DNA of 64,000 nt from an uncultured Gammaproteobacteria bacterium (lineage in GTDB: Bacteria; Patescibacteriota; Microgenomatia; JAMCZE01): assembly GCA_964576435.1 (NCBI GenBank), contig CAZNUP010000001.1, positions 226,345 through 290,344 on the forward strand. The letters are read 5' to 3'. The notes under the pieces were generated by a model. It saw only the letters and a program-made list of their open reading frames with translations, made no database searches and was not told the origin of the DNA. Of the stretch, positions 41,078 to 50,936 are shown one piece after another. Position 1 is the first letter of the stretch. Each line of letters starts with the position of its first letter. The position numbers and the translations under genes were made by a program.

Positions 41078-41257
41078 CTACACCTCCTCAAGTTTTGCTC
41101 GTCTAAATTTCCCGTTCTCAACAATATAAATTCTTTTGCATTTACAAGTAACTTTATTCTCATCCTTCTTGCCCTTAGAAAGTGGCATACCACATCCAAC
41201 GCATTTTCCTTGACTAAGTAACCAACTCTGGACTGGGGAAATTAAGTTTTTTAACAT
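41078..41257 (-). CDS. Possible small zinc-ribbon protein (59 aa; below the ORF-track cutoff)
   Basis: Hand translation: MLKNLISPVQSWLLSQGKCVGCGMPLSKGKKDENKVTCKCKRIYIVENGKFRRAKLEEV. CxxC...CxC; no SD. Confidence 0.25.
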   Translation of the reverse strand: MLKNLISPVQSWLLSQGKCVGCGMPLSKGKKDENKVTCKCKRIYIVENGKFRRAKLEEV

Positions 41258-41281
41258 GTTTCGTTGATATTAATTAACACT

Positions 41282-41560
41282 CTAAAAAACATAATACATA
41301 GCTGCAGTCAAAATGACCGCTACACCATATGAAATTGTCGGTACATTAACTATTTTTGACAAAATCCTATTCCAAAAGGCCATAAGCCACCAGGCGGTTA
41401 ATGGAAACTCAATTGCAAAAAGTAGAAACATTGATCCTACATTGTAGTTCTGTGGTGGTATAAGTTTGGAAATATATGCCAAGAAGGCGAGGATTATTGT
41501 AACGGCAATAAGCAATTTGTTTTGCTTGAAATCTTCCGATGTTATTTTTCTCTTATCCAT
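41282..41560 (-). CDS. Small 2-TM membrane protein, unknown function
   Basis: Start placed at the internal Met (MDKRKITSEDFK); the longer track ORF overlaps ruvX by 80 nt. Confidence 0.35.
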   Translation of the reverse strand: MDKRKITSEDFKQNKLLIAVTIILAFLAYISKLIPPQNYNVGSMFLLFAIEFPLTAWWLMAFWNRILSKIVNVPTISYGVAVILTAAMYYVF

Positions 41561-41900
41561 TGTTGTCCAAATATCTCTGTAAAATGATTGCTGCCGCTTT
41601 TTGATGATCATTTTTGCTATTTCCTGCTTCAATTGAGCTCAATGTTTCATCAACAAACTTCACTGGCAATCTTAACACATGTTCTAATTCCTTTCCAAAA
41701 TCCATTGCGTTTTGCGCACTCTTTCCCTCAGAAACACCAATCACAATTGTTTCGATGTAAAGTTTTTTACAGACTTCATCAATCTGTTTGATGGCTCCAT
41801 TTTGGTCCTTAACTGTGAGTGTAGAATATGGCTCTGCTAGCATTCCTTCTGAAGTTGCTAGTCCAATGTGGGCAAGGCCAAAGTCGATACCTAAAATCAT
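41553..41900 (-). CDS. ruvX: YqgF/RuvX Holliday-junction resolvase-like nuclease
   Basis: MILGIDFGLAHIGLATSEG (RNase H-like fold, N-terminal Asp). Confidence 0.75.
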   Translation of the reverse strand: MILGIDFGLAHIGLATSEGMLAEPYSTLTVKDQNGAIKQIDEVCKKLYIETIVIGVSEGKSAQNAMDFGKELEHVLRLPVKFVDETLSSIEAGNSKNDHQKAAAIILQRYLDNNG

Positions 41901-42679
41901 ATTTCAGCAAGCCTTCCTCTAATTATTCCTCGTTGCCAAACAGTTCCAGGTGGAACGCAAGTAATGAGGGTTATATAGGCAGAATCAAATCTTTGTTCCA
42001 AAACTGACAGATCAGTTGGTTGTACTACCGTCTTATCAATTACTTCATATTTATATCTCACTCCGTCAAAATCAACAAAAATTTCATCGCCCATTGTCAA
42101 ATCCATTAGGTGAGTAAAAATCCCTGAATAATCTTTTGGATTAGCAAATTGAGGAAGCTCTGAATGTCCAAAGATAATATTGTTTCCAAACTGTCCAGGT
42201 AGTGGTGACGTCGGCCAGCCAATAAGTGATTTCTTAAGATCCGATCCACCTGCTTCAACAATTGCTTGGTCGATACCAACTTTTGGAATTGATAAGTTAT
42301 AAATTTTTATAGCTGAAGTTCCAAGCGTTGGACTATTTGGTTTAGCTCCAACAAACCAAGTTTTTGCATCAAACGATGAACTTGGTGATTTTGGTAATGT
42401 TGCTGCCGATTCACTAACTGCAAAAACCTGGCCCTTAGATCTAAATTCAGATGACAAAGGGGATTGTATTTTTGCACTATACCCAGGAAGAACAAACACA
42501 TACCATTGGGCAAGTGGATAGGCAACAACTCCGAGGAGAAGAAGCCCTGCTAGAAAAAAACTAGCAGAAAACATCATCAAAAACTTCCTTGGCACCTTTT
42601 TCTTTTGTGCACTAGGTGAGGGAAGTCGTGACAAAACACTATTCTTATTTTTCTTTTTAACGTAAACGTAAAGTGCCAT
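41897..42679 (-). CDS. Sortase-family transpeptidase
   Basis: N-terminal TM. Catalytic His (IIFGHSE), TLITC Cys motif and the downstream Arg (GIIRGR). Confidence 0.8.
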   Translation of the reverse strand: MALYVYVKKKNKNSVLSRLPSPSAQKKKVPRKFLMMFSASFFLAGLLLLGVVAYPLAQWYVFVLPGYSAKIQSPLSSEFRSKGQVFAVSESAATLPKSPSSSFDAKTWFVGAKPNSPTLGTSAIKIYNLSIPKVGIDQAIVEAGGSDLKKSLIGWPTSPLPGQFGNNIIFGHSELPQFANPKDYSGIFTHLMDLTMGDEIFVDFDGVRYKYEVIDKTVVQPTDLSVLEQRFDSAYITLITCVPPGTVWQRGIIRGRLAEI

Positions 42680-42680
42680 A

Positions 42681-44918
42681 TTAGTTTTTTACAATGACAA
42701 CATTAATGTTTTCACTGCGAAGTGGCAATAACATACTTGTCAGTGGGCTGAAAAACCCAGGAGTAACTTCATATCTCACATCAGAAATTCCAGGTGTCTT
42801 TTTAATTAAAGCTGTTGCTGCAGATTCATTTTTTCCCGCTATCTCCGATGCAATTTGAGATGGATTAGTCTTTGGAACAAGCGGCGCTGAAAGTTGTAAG
42901 TCTAAAGTGGTATTTTCATTTTTATCAGTTTTTGCCTCAACCACTGATACGCTAGCATCATCATTAACTAATTCGTATCCTTCAGGAATATCAGAGCTGA
43001 ATTTATCTTTAAAAAGTTTAATTACATCATCTTGAGAAAAAACCACTCCTTCAAAATCCATTGTTAAATCTAAACTTACGGTATCACCTTCAGCATCAAT
43101 ATCTTTAGAGAATTTTTTCTTTGATACTGTCGAGGTTACAGCTTTTGGTAAAAGCTGTTGATCGGCATCTAGTTTTGCTTGTAGATCAACAAGCGCTTTC
43201 TCAGAAAGTTCTGCTGATAAACTGGCCATTAGTCTGTCCTGGTCAGCTTTTGTCACAACGGTAGCCATATGACTTTCTCCACCAGTTAGTGCCGATTCAT
43301 TTTTGGCTAAGTAGTTTTGTGATGCGTCTCCAATTGAAAACTTAGTTCCAGAAGCAAGGTTGAATGAGTCACCAATGTTTGCAGCTTCAACTGGGGCAGT
43401 CACCGTTGCCGCTGATACTGCATCTCCAGAAGCAACTGACACATCTTTAGTCAGTGTAAATTTAAGTCCACTTGGGGAAGTTAAAACCGTGCCTTCGTCG
43501 AAACTTCTACCTTCAGATACACTATATATAGTAACGTTGCCTTTAGCTTTTTTCCCAACAAGCTTCTCGCCAGTTGCCACGCTTCTTTTGGTTCCAATTT
43601 CAGAAGCTTCCACAAAGCTTGCTGCCACAGTTTCATCAACACCTTCTATTTCTTCACCGTTTGAAATCCCAACAGTCATATCTTTATTAAACTCCTGGCT
43701 ATCAACGGTGGTAATAACATTAACCTTTGGGACAAAATACCAACTAGCTGCAACTCCTCCAATAATAAGTACTAGTAAAACCAGTCCGATCGGTACAATT
43801 TTTGGTATCCCGCGGGTTTTCTTAGCTGTCGCTGTTTCAATTTCTGACCCCACTTTTTTCTTTGGAATTAAAGATTTAATAAATGCGCCAATCCCTGCGA
43901 ACATAGCAAAAGGTGCTACCTTTTCTCTTTTTTCTTCCTGTTTCTCCTCATCTATTACGAGTGGTGCCTCATTGGGTTCAACTTCAGTGACAAAGCCTGC
44001 TTCCTCAGGACTAACCTCCATAAGTTCTGGAGATGATTCTTCAACAGCGTTCTCTAAATGTTCTTCAGGTGTTTGCTCCTGCTCTTTAATTGCAACAGCA
44101 GCGGCAGCCACTGGAACGGTATGATCTGATTCCATTCCATCACTAAGTGTCAACTTTCCCCCCATTTGCATCCCTCCTGCAGCTGAAACTGCTTTGACAA
44201 CAAACTCTGAAGATACAGTCTCAACTTTTGGAAAATGTAGAAATGGTAATCTCCCCGTCCATGGGTAAGCTGTTATCTCATTTGCCGTTTTAGAAAGATC
44301 ACTATCTCCGTCATAAAGAATGATTCGTGACGGGAGCGCATCTATATGTCTAAATTCTTTAAGAGCCTTTTCAATTTCTGCTGGCATTGCAAGGTTTGAA
44401 GAAGGAACTTTGTCAATTGTCATTGTCCCAATTTCTTTTCCAGCTTTGTAAACTGTAATAGATACCTTTTTGCCATCAAGTCCCACTAATATTGCAGATA
44501 GTGGTGCTCCCTCAGTTTCTTTGAAATATTGCTCCAAAGCTTCTGAAACAACTACATACCCAAGAGGAGAAAAATCTAATTCCTTACATAGTCTTCTAAG
44601 TTTGGTTAGTTCCTCGTGGTCAATATTTCCATCAGCCGCATACTCAAGAGGAACTGCAAAAATTACTTTAGTAATGTCAGGATAATCAATCGAAGCATTA
44701 GTAACGGCTTTATCAACCGCATGAAGTAGTCCATCAAAATTGTTTGTTAAAATTTTTTCGGATTCTACTTTGCCAATTTGCACTGACCCTTTTTCAACTG
44801 ACCAGACAGTTGCAGACACGCTATGTTGAGAAATTTTAACCGCTAAGAAATGTTCCACTGGCTCTTCTTTTGAGCCAAATCTATTTGCAATAGGAGAAAA
44901 AACCTTTGAGAGGTCCAT
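42681..44918 (-). CDS. Chimeric membrane protein: cytoplasmic actin-like (FtsA/PilM-like) N-domain, single TM, and about 400-aa Ser/Thr/Ala-rich extracytoplasmic domain
   Basis: N-domain shows ASKHA-like glycine-rich segments (FLAVKISQHSVSATVWSV; ILVGLDGKKVSITVYK). TM PKIVPIGLVLLVLIIGGVAASWYF. Start placed at the internal Met (MDLSKVF); the ORF-track start is 45017. Confidence 0.45.
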   Translation of the reverse strand: MDLSKVFSPIANRFGSKEEPVEHFLAVKISQHSVSATVWSVEKGSVQIGKVESEKILTNNFDGLLHAVDKAVTNASIDYPDITKVIFAVPLEYAADGNIDHEELTKLRRLCKELDFSPLGYVVVSEALEQYFKETEGAPLSAILVGLDGKKVSITVYKAGKEIGTMTIDKVPSSNLAMPAEIEKALKEFRHIDALPSRIILYDGDSDLSKTANEITAYPWTGRLPFLHFPKVETVSSEFVVKAVSAAGGMQMGGKLTLSDGMESDHTVPVAAAAVAIKEQEQTPEEHLENAVEESSPELMEVSPEEAGFVTEVEPNEAPLVIDEEKQEEKREKVAPFAMFAGIGAFIKSLIPKKKVGSEIETATAKKTRGIPKIVPIGLVLLVLIIGGVAASWYFVPKVNVITTVDSQEFNKDMTVGISNGEEIEGVDETVAASFVEASEIGTKRSVATGEKLVGKKAKGNVTIYSVSEGRSFDEGTVLTSPSGLKFTLTKDVSVASGDAVSAATVTAPVEAANIGDSFNLASGTKFSIGDASQNYLAKNESALTGGESHMATVVTKADQDRLMASLSAELSEKALVDLQAKLDADQQLLPKAVTSTVSKKKFSKDIDAEGDTVSLDLTMDFEGVVFSQDDVIKLFKDKFSSDIPEGYELVNDDASVSVVEAKTDKNENTTLDLQLSAPLVPKTNPSQIASEIAGKNESAATALIKKTPGISDVRYEVTPGFFSPLTSMLLPLRSENINVVIVKN

Positions 44919-44957
44919 AAAGGTAGAGTAGCATAAATAAAGGGTATAATTAAAGAC

Positions 44958-45905
44958 ATGGTTAAAGTTGAAACCAAAGAAGATAGTTTTGATAAATATG
45001 CTGACCATATAACCCAAAGTTGGGTTTGGGGTGAATTTCGTTCCAAAACTCCCTCCATTAAAAAAGTTTTGCGACTATCTGCCGGCAAAAAAGTCTGGCA
45101 AATATTTTTTTCTAGGGTCCCAAAAACTAACTTTACTGTTGCCTACCTGCCAAGAGTAACTCCACCAACGGTTGAGGAATTGGAAGAACTTAAAAAATAT
45201 TGCAAAGCTGAAAAAGCTCTTTTCCTAAAAATTGAACCATTAGAAGAAGCCTGCTATGGTTTACCATCAAAATCAATTCTTCCAAGACATACTATTTATT
45301 TAGATCTAAAAAAGACTGAAAACGAGCTCCTAAAAGAAATGCACGAAAAGACTCGTTACAACATTAGACTTGCCGAGAAAAAGCACGTTGTAGTTAAAGA
45401 AGAGTCAACCTCAGAAGATCTTGACAGGTTTATTGCTCTTTTAGAATCAACCGAAAACCGCCAAGGGTTCTATTCGCACTATCCTGAATATTACAGACAA
45501 ATGTGGTCAACATTGAGACCTAAAAATATGGTCTACCTTCTTAATGCTTACGTAGATGGGAAACATGCGGCTGGCCTAATTCTTTTTCATTTTAAGAACA
45601 TGCTTTACTATCCTTATGGAGCTAGTAATCCTGAGTTTAGAGAATATATGGCGCCAAATCTCCTACATTGGCACGCAATTAAGTTTGGTAAAAAATTAGG
45701 ATGCACTTCATATGATCTTTGGGGTTCGTATAAAAACACTCCCACTGACAAAGATCCTTGGTGGGGTATTTACCGCTTTAAAAAAGGCTTTGGTGGAAGT
45801 GAAATAACGTTCCCAAAATCAATTGATATTCCACTCTCTCCTCTTTATAGACCATTAGTGTTGGCGGAAAGAATTCATTGGAAAATTCTCAAGCTTAAGA
45901 AATAA
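44958..45905 (+). CDS. FemAB-family peptidyltransferase (peptidoglycan interpeptide-bridge aminoacyltransferase)
   Basis: FemAB (GNAT-like) signature region: YYRQMWSTLRPKNMVYLLNAYVDGKHAAGLILFHF...YYPYGASN. Confidence 0.7.
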   Translation: MVKVETKEDSFDKYADHITQSWVWGEFRSKTPSIKKVLRLSAGKKVWQIFFSRVPKTNFTVAYLPRVTPPTVEELEELKKYCKAEKALFLKIEPLEEACYGLPSKSILPRHTIYLDLKKTENELLKEMHEKTRYNIRLAEKKHVVVKEESTSEDLDRFIALLESTENRQGFYSHYPEYYRQMWSTLRPKNMVYLLNAYVDGKHAAGLILFHFKNMLYYPYGASNPEFREYMAPNLLHWHAIKFGKKLGCTSYDLWGSYKNTPTDKDPWWGIYRFKKGFGGSEITFPKSIDIPLSPLYRPLVLAERIHWKILKLKK

Positions 45906-46684
45906 TGGACATTCGCCAATCATCAAATTACGCCTCCTACATGCGTCTAATTGGTTGGCAAATAGAAAAATTACCAGGTTGTAATATTTTTGTTAGACAT
46001 CTTCCGTTAGTCTCTTTTTTGTCAGTCGCAAAAGTGCAGCGCGCGGAAAAGGTTGATCTAGAAGCAATTAAGAAAATATCAAAAAAACACCGTTCTATTC
46101 TGACAAAAATTGAGCCATTAACTGAAATTTCTTTAAAAAAAGATAATTGGCCCCTTTTGCCTTCTAAAACATTAATTCTAGATTTAAAATCACTAAATTT
46201 ACCAAAAGACACTCGTTATGAAATAAGAAAGGCAGACAATTTAAAAGTAGAGTTGTCAACTAATATTGATTTGTTTTACAAACTTCTCGAAGAAACTATG
46301 AAAATCGGCCATTGGTCTGTGCCAATTAAAAAAGAAGTTAAAGCTCTTTGGCAAGCCTTTCAACCCAAAAACTCTCAAATTCTACTTATTCCCAATTTAG
46401 CTGCCTGTTTAATAATTTGGGAAGGAAATACCGCTCATTACATGTACGCCGCTTTGACAAAAGAAGGTAGAAAAGTGGGGGCGGCATACAAGCTTCTTTG
46501 GGAAACTATTGAGTTTTGTAAAACAAAAAATATCGACCACCTTGACCTCGAGGGAATATATGATGATAGGTACAAAAGTCAGACCAAAAACTGGCAAGGT
46601 TTTACTAAGTTCAAAATGGGCTGGAATGGCAGGGAAGTAGTCTATCCTGGAAGCTATTGCTTATATCGAGTTCCTATCATATAA
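45905..46684 (+). CDS. FemAB-family peptidyltransferase, second tandem paralog
   Basis: LIIWEGNTAHYMYAALTKEGRKVGAAYKLLWETIEF; ATG overlaps the previous stop. Confidence 0.65.
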   Translation: MDIRQSSNYASYMRLIGWQIEKLPGCNIFVRHLPLVSFLSVAKVQRAEKVDLEAIKKISKKHRSILTKIEPLTEISLKKDNWPLLPSKTLILDLKSLNLPKDTRYEIRKADNLKVELSTNIDLFYKLLEETMKIGHWSVPIKKEVKALWQAFQPKNSQILLIPNLAACLIIWEGNTAHYMYAALTKEGRKVGAAYKLLWETIEFCKTKNIDHLDLEGIYDDRYKSQTKNWQGFTKFKMGWNGREVVYPGSYCLYRVPII

Positions 46685-46695
46685 TATATCTCATA

Positions 46696-46732
46696 GCCCA
46701 AACAAGAGTAAACACTTGGGCAGGTTTTTTTT
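46696..46732 (+). terminator. Putative intrinsic terminator after the FemAB pair (GCCCAA-14 nt-UUGGGC then U8)
   Basis: Read from the sequence; the large loop lowers confidence. Confidence 0.4.
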
Positions 46733-46747
46733 GTCGAAAACACATAG

Positions 46748-46966
46748 ATGGCACATCAGGGAACAACAGAATTTGAAGGGGTAGTTTTAGAAAATCTACC
46801 TAACACAATGTTTAAAATTGAGCTTTCTGACGGGCGAGTTGTACTTTGTACTCTTTCCGGAAAGATGCGCATGAACTACATTAAAATTTTGCCTGGTGAC
46901 AAAGTAAGAGTCGAAATGACTCCATACGATGACACAAAAGGCCGAATAGTTTACAGATCAAAATAA
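46748..46966 (+). CDS. infA: Translation initiation factor IF-1
   Basis: [16 protein letters not shown]...[25 protein letters not shown]. Confidence 0.9.
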   Translation: MAHQGTTEFEGVVLENLPNTMFKIELSDGRVVLCTLSGKMRMNYIKILPGDKVRVEMTPYDDTKGRIVYRSK

Positions 46967-46967
46967 T

Positions 46968-47081
46968 ATGAAAGTTCAAGCAAGCGTCAAACCAAGATGT
47001 ACCAAATGTAAAATCGTCAAAAGAAACGGAAGACTTTATGTTGTTTGCGAAAACCCAAGGCATAAACAACGCCAAGGATAA
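46968..47081 (+). CDS. rpmJ: Ribosomal protein L36 (Zn type; 37 aa, below the ORF-track cutoff)
   Basis: Hand translation [37 protein letters not shown]. Confidence 0.85.
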   Translation: MKVQASVKPRCTKCKIVKRNGRLYVVCENPRHKQRQG

Positions 47082-47086
47082 AAATT

Positions 47087-47503
47087 ATGGCAAGAATTGC
47101 TGGAATTGATCTTAATAATGAAAAACGAGTCGACATCGCTCTAACAAAGATTTTTGGTGTAGGCAGAAAAAATGTTGTTGGAATTTTGAAAAATGCCGAT
47201 GTTGAGCCACAAAAAAGAGTTAAGGATCTTCTTGAAGAAGAACTTTCAAGAATTCAAAAAGCTCTTGAAAGCATAAAGCTCGAAGGCGATTTAAGATCAG
47301 ACATCCACGCAAATATTACAACCTTAAAACAAATTGGAAGTTATAGAGGTTTAAGACACACCAGAAACTTGCCGGCAAGAGGTCAAAGAACAAAATCAAA
47401 TGCCAGAACTAAGCGCGGTAAGAGAGTCACAATCGGCGCGATCAGAAAAGAAATGGCTGAAAAACTTGGATTAAATGCTAAAGAAGAACCAAAGAAGGAG
47501 TAA
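47087..47503 (+). CDS. rpsM: Ribosomal protein S13
   Basis: [20 protein letters not shown]. Confidence 0.9.
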   Translation: MARIAGIDLNNEKRVDIALTKIFGVGRKNVVGILKNADVEPQKRVKDLLEEELSRIQKALESIKLEGDLRSDIHANITTLKQIGSYRGLRHTRNLPARGQRTKSNARTKRGKRVTIGAIRKEMAEKLGLNAKEEPKKE

Positions 47504-47507
47504 GCAT

Positions 47508-47927
47508 ATGCCAAAACAAAAAACAGAAAAAACAGAAAAAAAGGAAGAATCAAAAGTAGTTAAAGCTAAAACAAATAAAAATGTAGCAAGCGGTAGAGTT
47601 TATGTTACCGCTACATTTAATAACACATTAGTTACTTTAACTGATGATTCAGGTAATGCTCTTTATTCAGGAAGTTCAGGAGCATCTGGTTTTAAAGGTG
47701 CTAGAAAATCAACTCCTTTTGCAGCTACAACTGCAGTAGAAGCTGTTGGTAAAAAAGCTTGGGATTCAGGAATGCGCGAAGTTGAAGTTTATATAAAAGG
47801 TCCAGGAGCAGGAAGAGACGCAACACTAAGAGCCCTCAAAGCACTTGGTTTTGGCATAACGTTAATTGCTGACGTCACTCCAATCCCACACAATGGGCCC
47901 AGACCTAAGAAGAAAAGAAGAGTTTAA
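47508..47927 (+). CDS. rpsK: Ribosomal protein S11 (Lys/Glu-rich N-terminal extension)
   Basis: ATG after AAGGAG SD; [18 protein letters not shown] core. Confidence 0.9.
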   Translation: MPKQKTEKTEKKEESKVVKAKTNKNVASGRVYVTATFNNTLVTLTDDSGNALYSGSSGASGFKGARKSTPFAATTAVEAVGKKAWDSGMREVEVYIKGPGAGRDATLRALKALGFGITLIADVTPIPHNGPRPKKKRRV

Positions 47928-47932
47928 AGCAT

Positions 47933-48541
47933 ATGGCAAGATATAGAGGACCAAAACACAGATTAGCAAGACGAGAAGGTGTCAATATTTTGGAAAAGCA
48001 AAGCGCTTCGTTATCTCGTCGCATGGCTGTTCCACCAGGAATGCATGGTCCAAAAGGTAAATTTGGAAAAGTTTCCGATTATGGTAAACAGTTAAGAGAA
48101 AAACAAAAGGCCAAGAGAACCTATGGCCTTATGGAAAAACAATTTAGGAGCTATTTCACAAAAGGGTTAAAAGTTAAAGGAAAAACTGGCGAAGCTTTAC
48201 TTCAACTCCTCGAGAAACGCCTCGATAACACTGTATATAGATTGGGATTCTCTCCATCGAGATCGATGGCCAGACAAATGGTTTCTCATGGTCATGTTCT
48301 TGTTGACGGCAAAAGAGTCACAATCCCATCCTACAATTTAGATATTGATCAAGTTGTAACTTTGAGTCCAAAATCAATGAAAATCCCAGCAGTTGCCAAA
48401 CTTCTCGAAGGTGAAGTTGCTAATTTGCCAAGTTTCCTCGAAAGAAAAGGCGCAGCAGGCAGAATTACAAAATTGCCAAGTAGAGAAGAAATTCCAGTTG
48501 AAGTCAACGAACAGTTAATTATTGAATATTATTCAAGATAA
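47933..48541 (+). CDS. rpsD: Ribosomal protein S4
   Basis: MARYRGPKHRLARREG. Confidence 0.9.
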   Translation: MARYRGPKHRLARREGVNILEKQSASLSRRMAVPPGMHGPKGKFGKVSDYGKQLREKQKAKRTYGLMEKQFRSYFTKGLKVKGKTGEALLQLLEKRLDNTVYRLGFSPSRSMARQMVSHGHVLVDGKRVTIPSYNLDIDQVVTLSPKSMKIPAVAKLLEGEVANLPSFLERKGAAGRITKLPSREEIPVEVNEQLIIEYYSR

Positions 48542-48545
48542 CGGG

Positions 48546-48581
48546 TTCAAAAAAAGGAAAGTTTTTTGAATTTTTTATTTT
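48546..48581 (+). terminator. AT-rich hairpin plus U-tract between rpsD and rpoA (possible attenuator)
   Basis: ucaaaaaa-aggaaag-uuuuuuga then auuuuuuauuuu; only one GC pair. Confidence 0.3.
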
Positions 48582-48593
48582 GAACTTTAAAAA

Positions 48594-49514
48594 ATGTTAG
48601 ATCCAAATTTCAAGGTTAGGGTAGATGAACAATCCGAAGGGTTCGGAAGGTTAGTTATTGGACCACTCGATCCAGGTTATGCCCACACATTGGGTAACGC
48701 CTTGAGAAGAGTTCTTTTGTCCTCACTTCAAGGAGCCGCTGTTACAAGCGTCACCATTGATGGAGTCAAACATCAGTTCCAAACTTTAGACGGTCTCAAA
48801 GAAGACGTCATTGAGTTTGTTCTTAATTTGAAAAAATTAAGAGTCAATATTACTGATGGCAACAAGGCGGTTTTAAAACTTTCCAAAACCGGACCGGGCC
48901 AAGTTACAGCAGGCGACATTGAAGCACCATCCAATGTTGAGATCATTAATACTGATCTTTATCTGGGATCTTTGTCTGATAAAAAATCAGAATTGAATGC
49001 TGAAATCACAGTTGAAACTGGATTTGGCTATTCAATGGGCGAAGAAAGAAAAACAGGAGTCATTGGAGTTATTCCAGTTGACGCCTCATTCACTCCAATT
49101 GTTAGAGTGAACTATCGCCAGGAAGCAACCCGAGTTGGCCGAGAAACCAACCTTGATAGCTTAGTTCTTGAAATCTGGACAGATGGATCAATTTCTGGAC
49201 TCGATGCCTTAAAGCGCGCTTCCAAGATTTTGGTCTCATATTTCCTCCAGATTTATGAACCAAAAGCTGAAAGTTCTCAAGTTAGTGTTGCAGTAACACC
49301 CTCTGTTTCAGATGATGTGTTGAAGATGCTCATTGAAGAGCTCGACCTGCCAACAAGACTTGAAAATGCTCTTAAAAACGGCGGAATTGAAACCGTCGGA
49401 CAACTTCTTGGAACTCCAAGAAAAGAGCTGTTAAAGATTAAGAACTTAGGCGGCAAATCCCTTGGAATCGTCGAAGAAAAACTTCGCGAAAAAGGTGTCG
49501 CTTTAAACGTCTAA
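48594..49514 (+). CDS. rpoA: DNA-directed RNA polymerase alpha subunit
   Basis: N-terminal dimerisation domain plus C-terminal domain (GKSLGIVEEKL). Confidence 0.9.
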   Translation: MLDPNFKVRVDEQSEGFGRLVIGPLDPGYAHTLGNALRRVLLSSLQGAAVTSVTIDGVKHQFQTLDGLKEDVIEFVLNLKKLRVNITDGNKAVLKLSKTGPGQVTAGDIEAPSNVEIINTDLYLGSLSDKKSELNAEITVETGFGYSMGEERKTGVIGVIPVDASFTPIVRVNYRQEATRVGRETNLDSLVLEIWTDGSISGLDALKRASKILVSYFLQIYEPKAESSQVSVAVTPSVSDDVLKMLIEELDLPTRLENALKNGGIETVGQLLGTPRKELLKIKNLGGKSLGIVEEKLREKGVALNV

Positions 49515-49518
49515 ATCT

Positions 49519-50031
49519 ATGAAACATAGGGTTAAACATAATCAGTTAGGTAGAAACCATAACCAAAACAAAGCCTTAAAAAGAGGCCTCGTTTCTGCCG
49601 TATTTGAGTATGGGAGGATTGAAACCACCCTTGCCAAAGCTAAATTTGTAGTCCCTCATGTTGATAAAGTGATGGGTTTTGCCAAAGGCGGCGGAGTTCA
49701 TGGAAGACGCCAAATCGAAAAGATTCTTGGTAGTGACTTGTTAGTAGAGCACATCGTAAGTGAAGTAGCTCCAAAAACAGGCTCCAGGACATCTGGTTTC
49801 ACAAGAATCATAAAGACTGGTCCAAGATTTTCAGATGCAACGGATATGGCAATTTTGGAACTTGTCGATTACCAACCAGCACAAAGTTTGGTAAAAGTTG
49901 AAAAAGAAGAAGATATAAAAGAAGAAAAGAAAGCAGTCGAAAAGCCAAAGACTGAAGCTATTAAACCGCAGAAAGTCCAAAAAGCTAAACCACAAACTAC
50001 ACAAAAAATTAAAGCAGTAGGTAACAAATAA
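49519..50031 (+). CDS. rplQ: Ribosomal protein L17 with Lys-rich C-terminal extension
   Basis: MKHRVKHNQLGRNHNQNKALKRGL. Confidence 0.9.
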   Translation: MKHRVKHNQLGRNHNQNKALKRGLVSAVFEYGRIETTLAKAKFVVPHVDKVMGFAKGGGVHGRRQIEKILGSDLLVEHIVSEVAPKTGSRTSGFTRIIKTGPRFSDATDMAILELVDYQPAQSLVKVEKEEDIKEEKKAVEKPKTEAIKPQKVQKAKPQTTQKIKAVGNK

Positions 50032-50035
50032 AAAT

Positions 50036-50413
50036 ATGGCAATGAATACAAAAGCATCAGATATAAAACGAGCAACTCACACAGTCGACGCCAAGGATCA
50101 AGTCCTAGGCAGACTTTCAACAAAAGTGGCCCAACTTTTAGTAGGCAAAAGTAAACCCTATTTTGTTAGGCATTTAGACTGTGGAGATTTTGTTACAGTA
50201 ACAAATGCTAAAAGCGTTAAAGTTACAGGTAAAAAAGAATCTCAAAAAGTTTATACGAGGTATTCAGGTTACCCAGCGGGTCTCAAAAAGACCACCCTTG
50301 GCGACTTGAGAAAAGATAATCCAACTGAGATAATCCACCATGCTGTTTGGGGAATGCTCCCAAACAACAAACTTAGAGACATTTGGATTACAAGATTAAA
50401 GATTGAAGCCTAA
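50036..50413 (+). CDS. rplM: Ribosomal protein L13
   Basis: VDAKDQVLGRLSTKVAQLLVGKSKPYF. Confidence 0.9.
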   Translation: MAMNTKASDIKRATHTVDAKDQVLGRLSTKVAQLLVGKSKPYFVRHLDCGDFVTVTNAKSVKVTGKKESQKVYTRYSGYPAGLKKTTLGDLRKDNPTEIIHHAVWGMLPNNKLRDIWITRLKIEA

Positions 50414-50417
50414 AAAT

Positions 50418-50927
50418 ATGCCAACAAAAAAGAAAGTTGAAAAAACAGAAAAAGTAGAAAAAGTCGAAAAAGTTGAGGAAGTAAAAACCCTCAAAGAGCC
50501 AGAAAGAGGCTTCTGGCAAGCTATGGGCAGAAGAAAGACTGCTACAGCAAGAGCCAGACTTTATACAGGAGTAACAGATGTAATGGTTGGCGATAAAAAA
50601 CTCGAAAAAGGCGATGTTTACGTAAATTCTCTTCCAATTGATACCTATTTCAACGATCCATTTGCAAAAGAACAATACACAGAACTCTATAGAACAACAA
50701 ATACCATGGGTCGCTTTATAACCACAGTCAAAACAGAAGGTTCAGGCAAATCTGGCCAACTTGGTGCAACCACATTGGCAATTGCTAGAGCTTTAGTTGA
50801 AGTTGATCCAAAATTCAGAGCAACTCTTAGGAAAAAGGGTTACATGACAAGAGACCCAAGAGCTAAGGAAAGAAAGAAGCCAGGTTTAATGGGGGCAAGG
50901 AAACAAAAATCATCTCCAAAGCGTTAA
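50418..50927 (+). CDS. rpsI: Ribosomal protein S9 with KVEKVEK-repeat N-terminal extension
   Basis: GRRKTATARARLY...KSSPKR. ATG at 50418; the ORF-track TTG start at 50403 overlaps the rplM stop. Confidence 0.85.
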   Translation: MPTKKKVEKTEKVEKVEKVEEVKTLKEPERGFWQAMGRRKTATARARLYTGVTDVMVGDKKLEKGDVYVNSLPIDTYFNDPFAKEQYTELYRTTNTMGRFITTVKTEGSGKSGQLGATTLAIARALVEVDPKFRATLRKKGYMTRDPRAKERKKPGLMGARKQKSSPKR

Positions 50928-50936
50928 AATACCTCT

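Noticed and set aside
44919-45017. N-terminal 33 codons (MGYMVSIFIK...) of the 778-aa ORF
   Set aside because: Hydrophobic junk overlapping the divergent FemAB start. The internal Met (MDLSKVF) begins the actin-like domain.
50403-50480. Tandem gaaaaagt(a/c) DNA repeats
   Set aside because: They lie inside the rpsI N-terminal extension (KVEKVEKVEEV). They are coding low-complexity, not a regulatory repeat.
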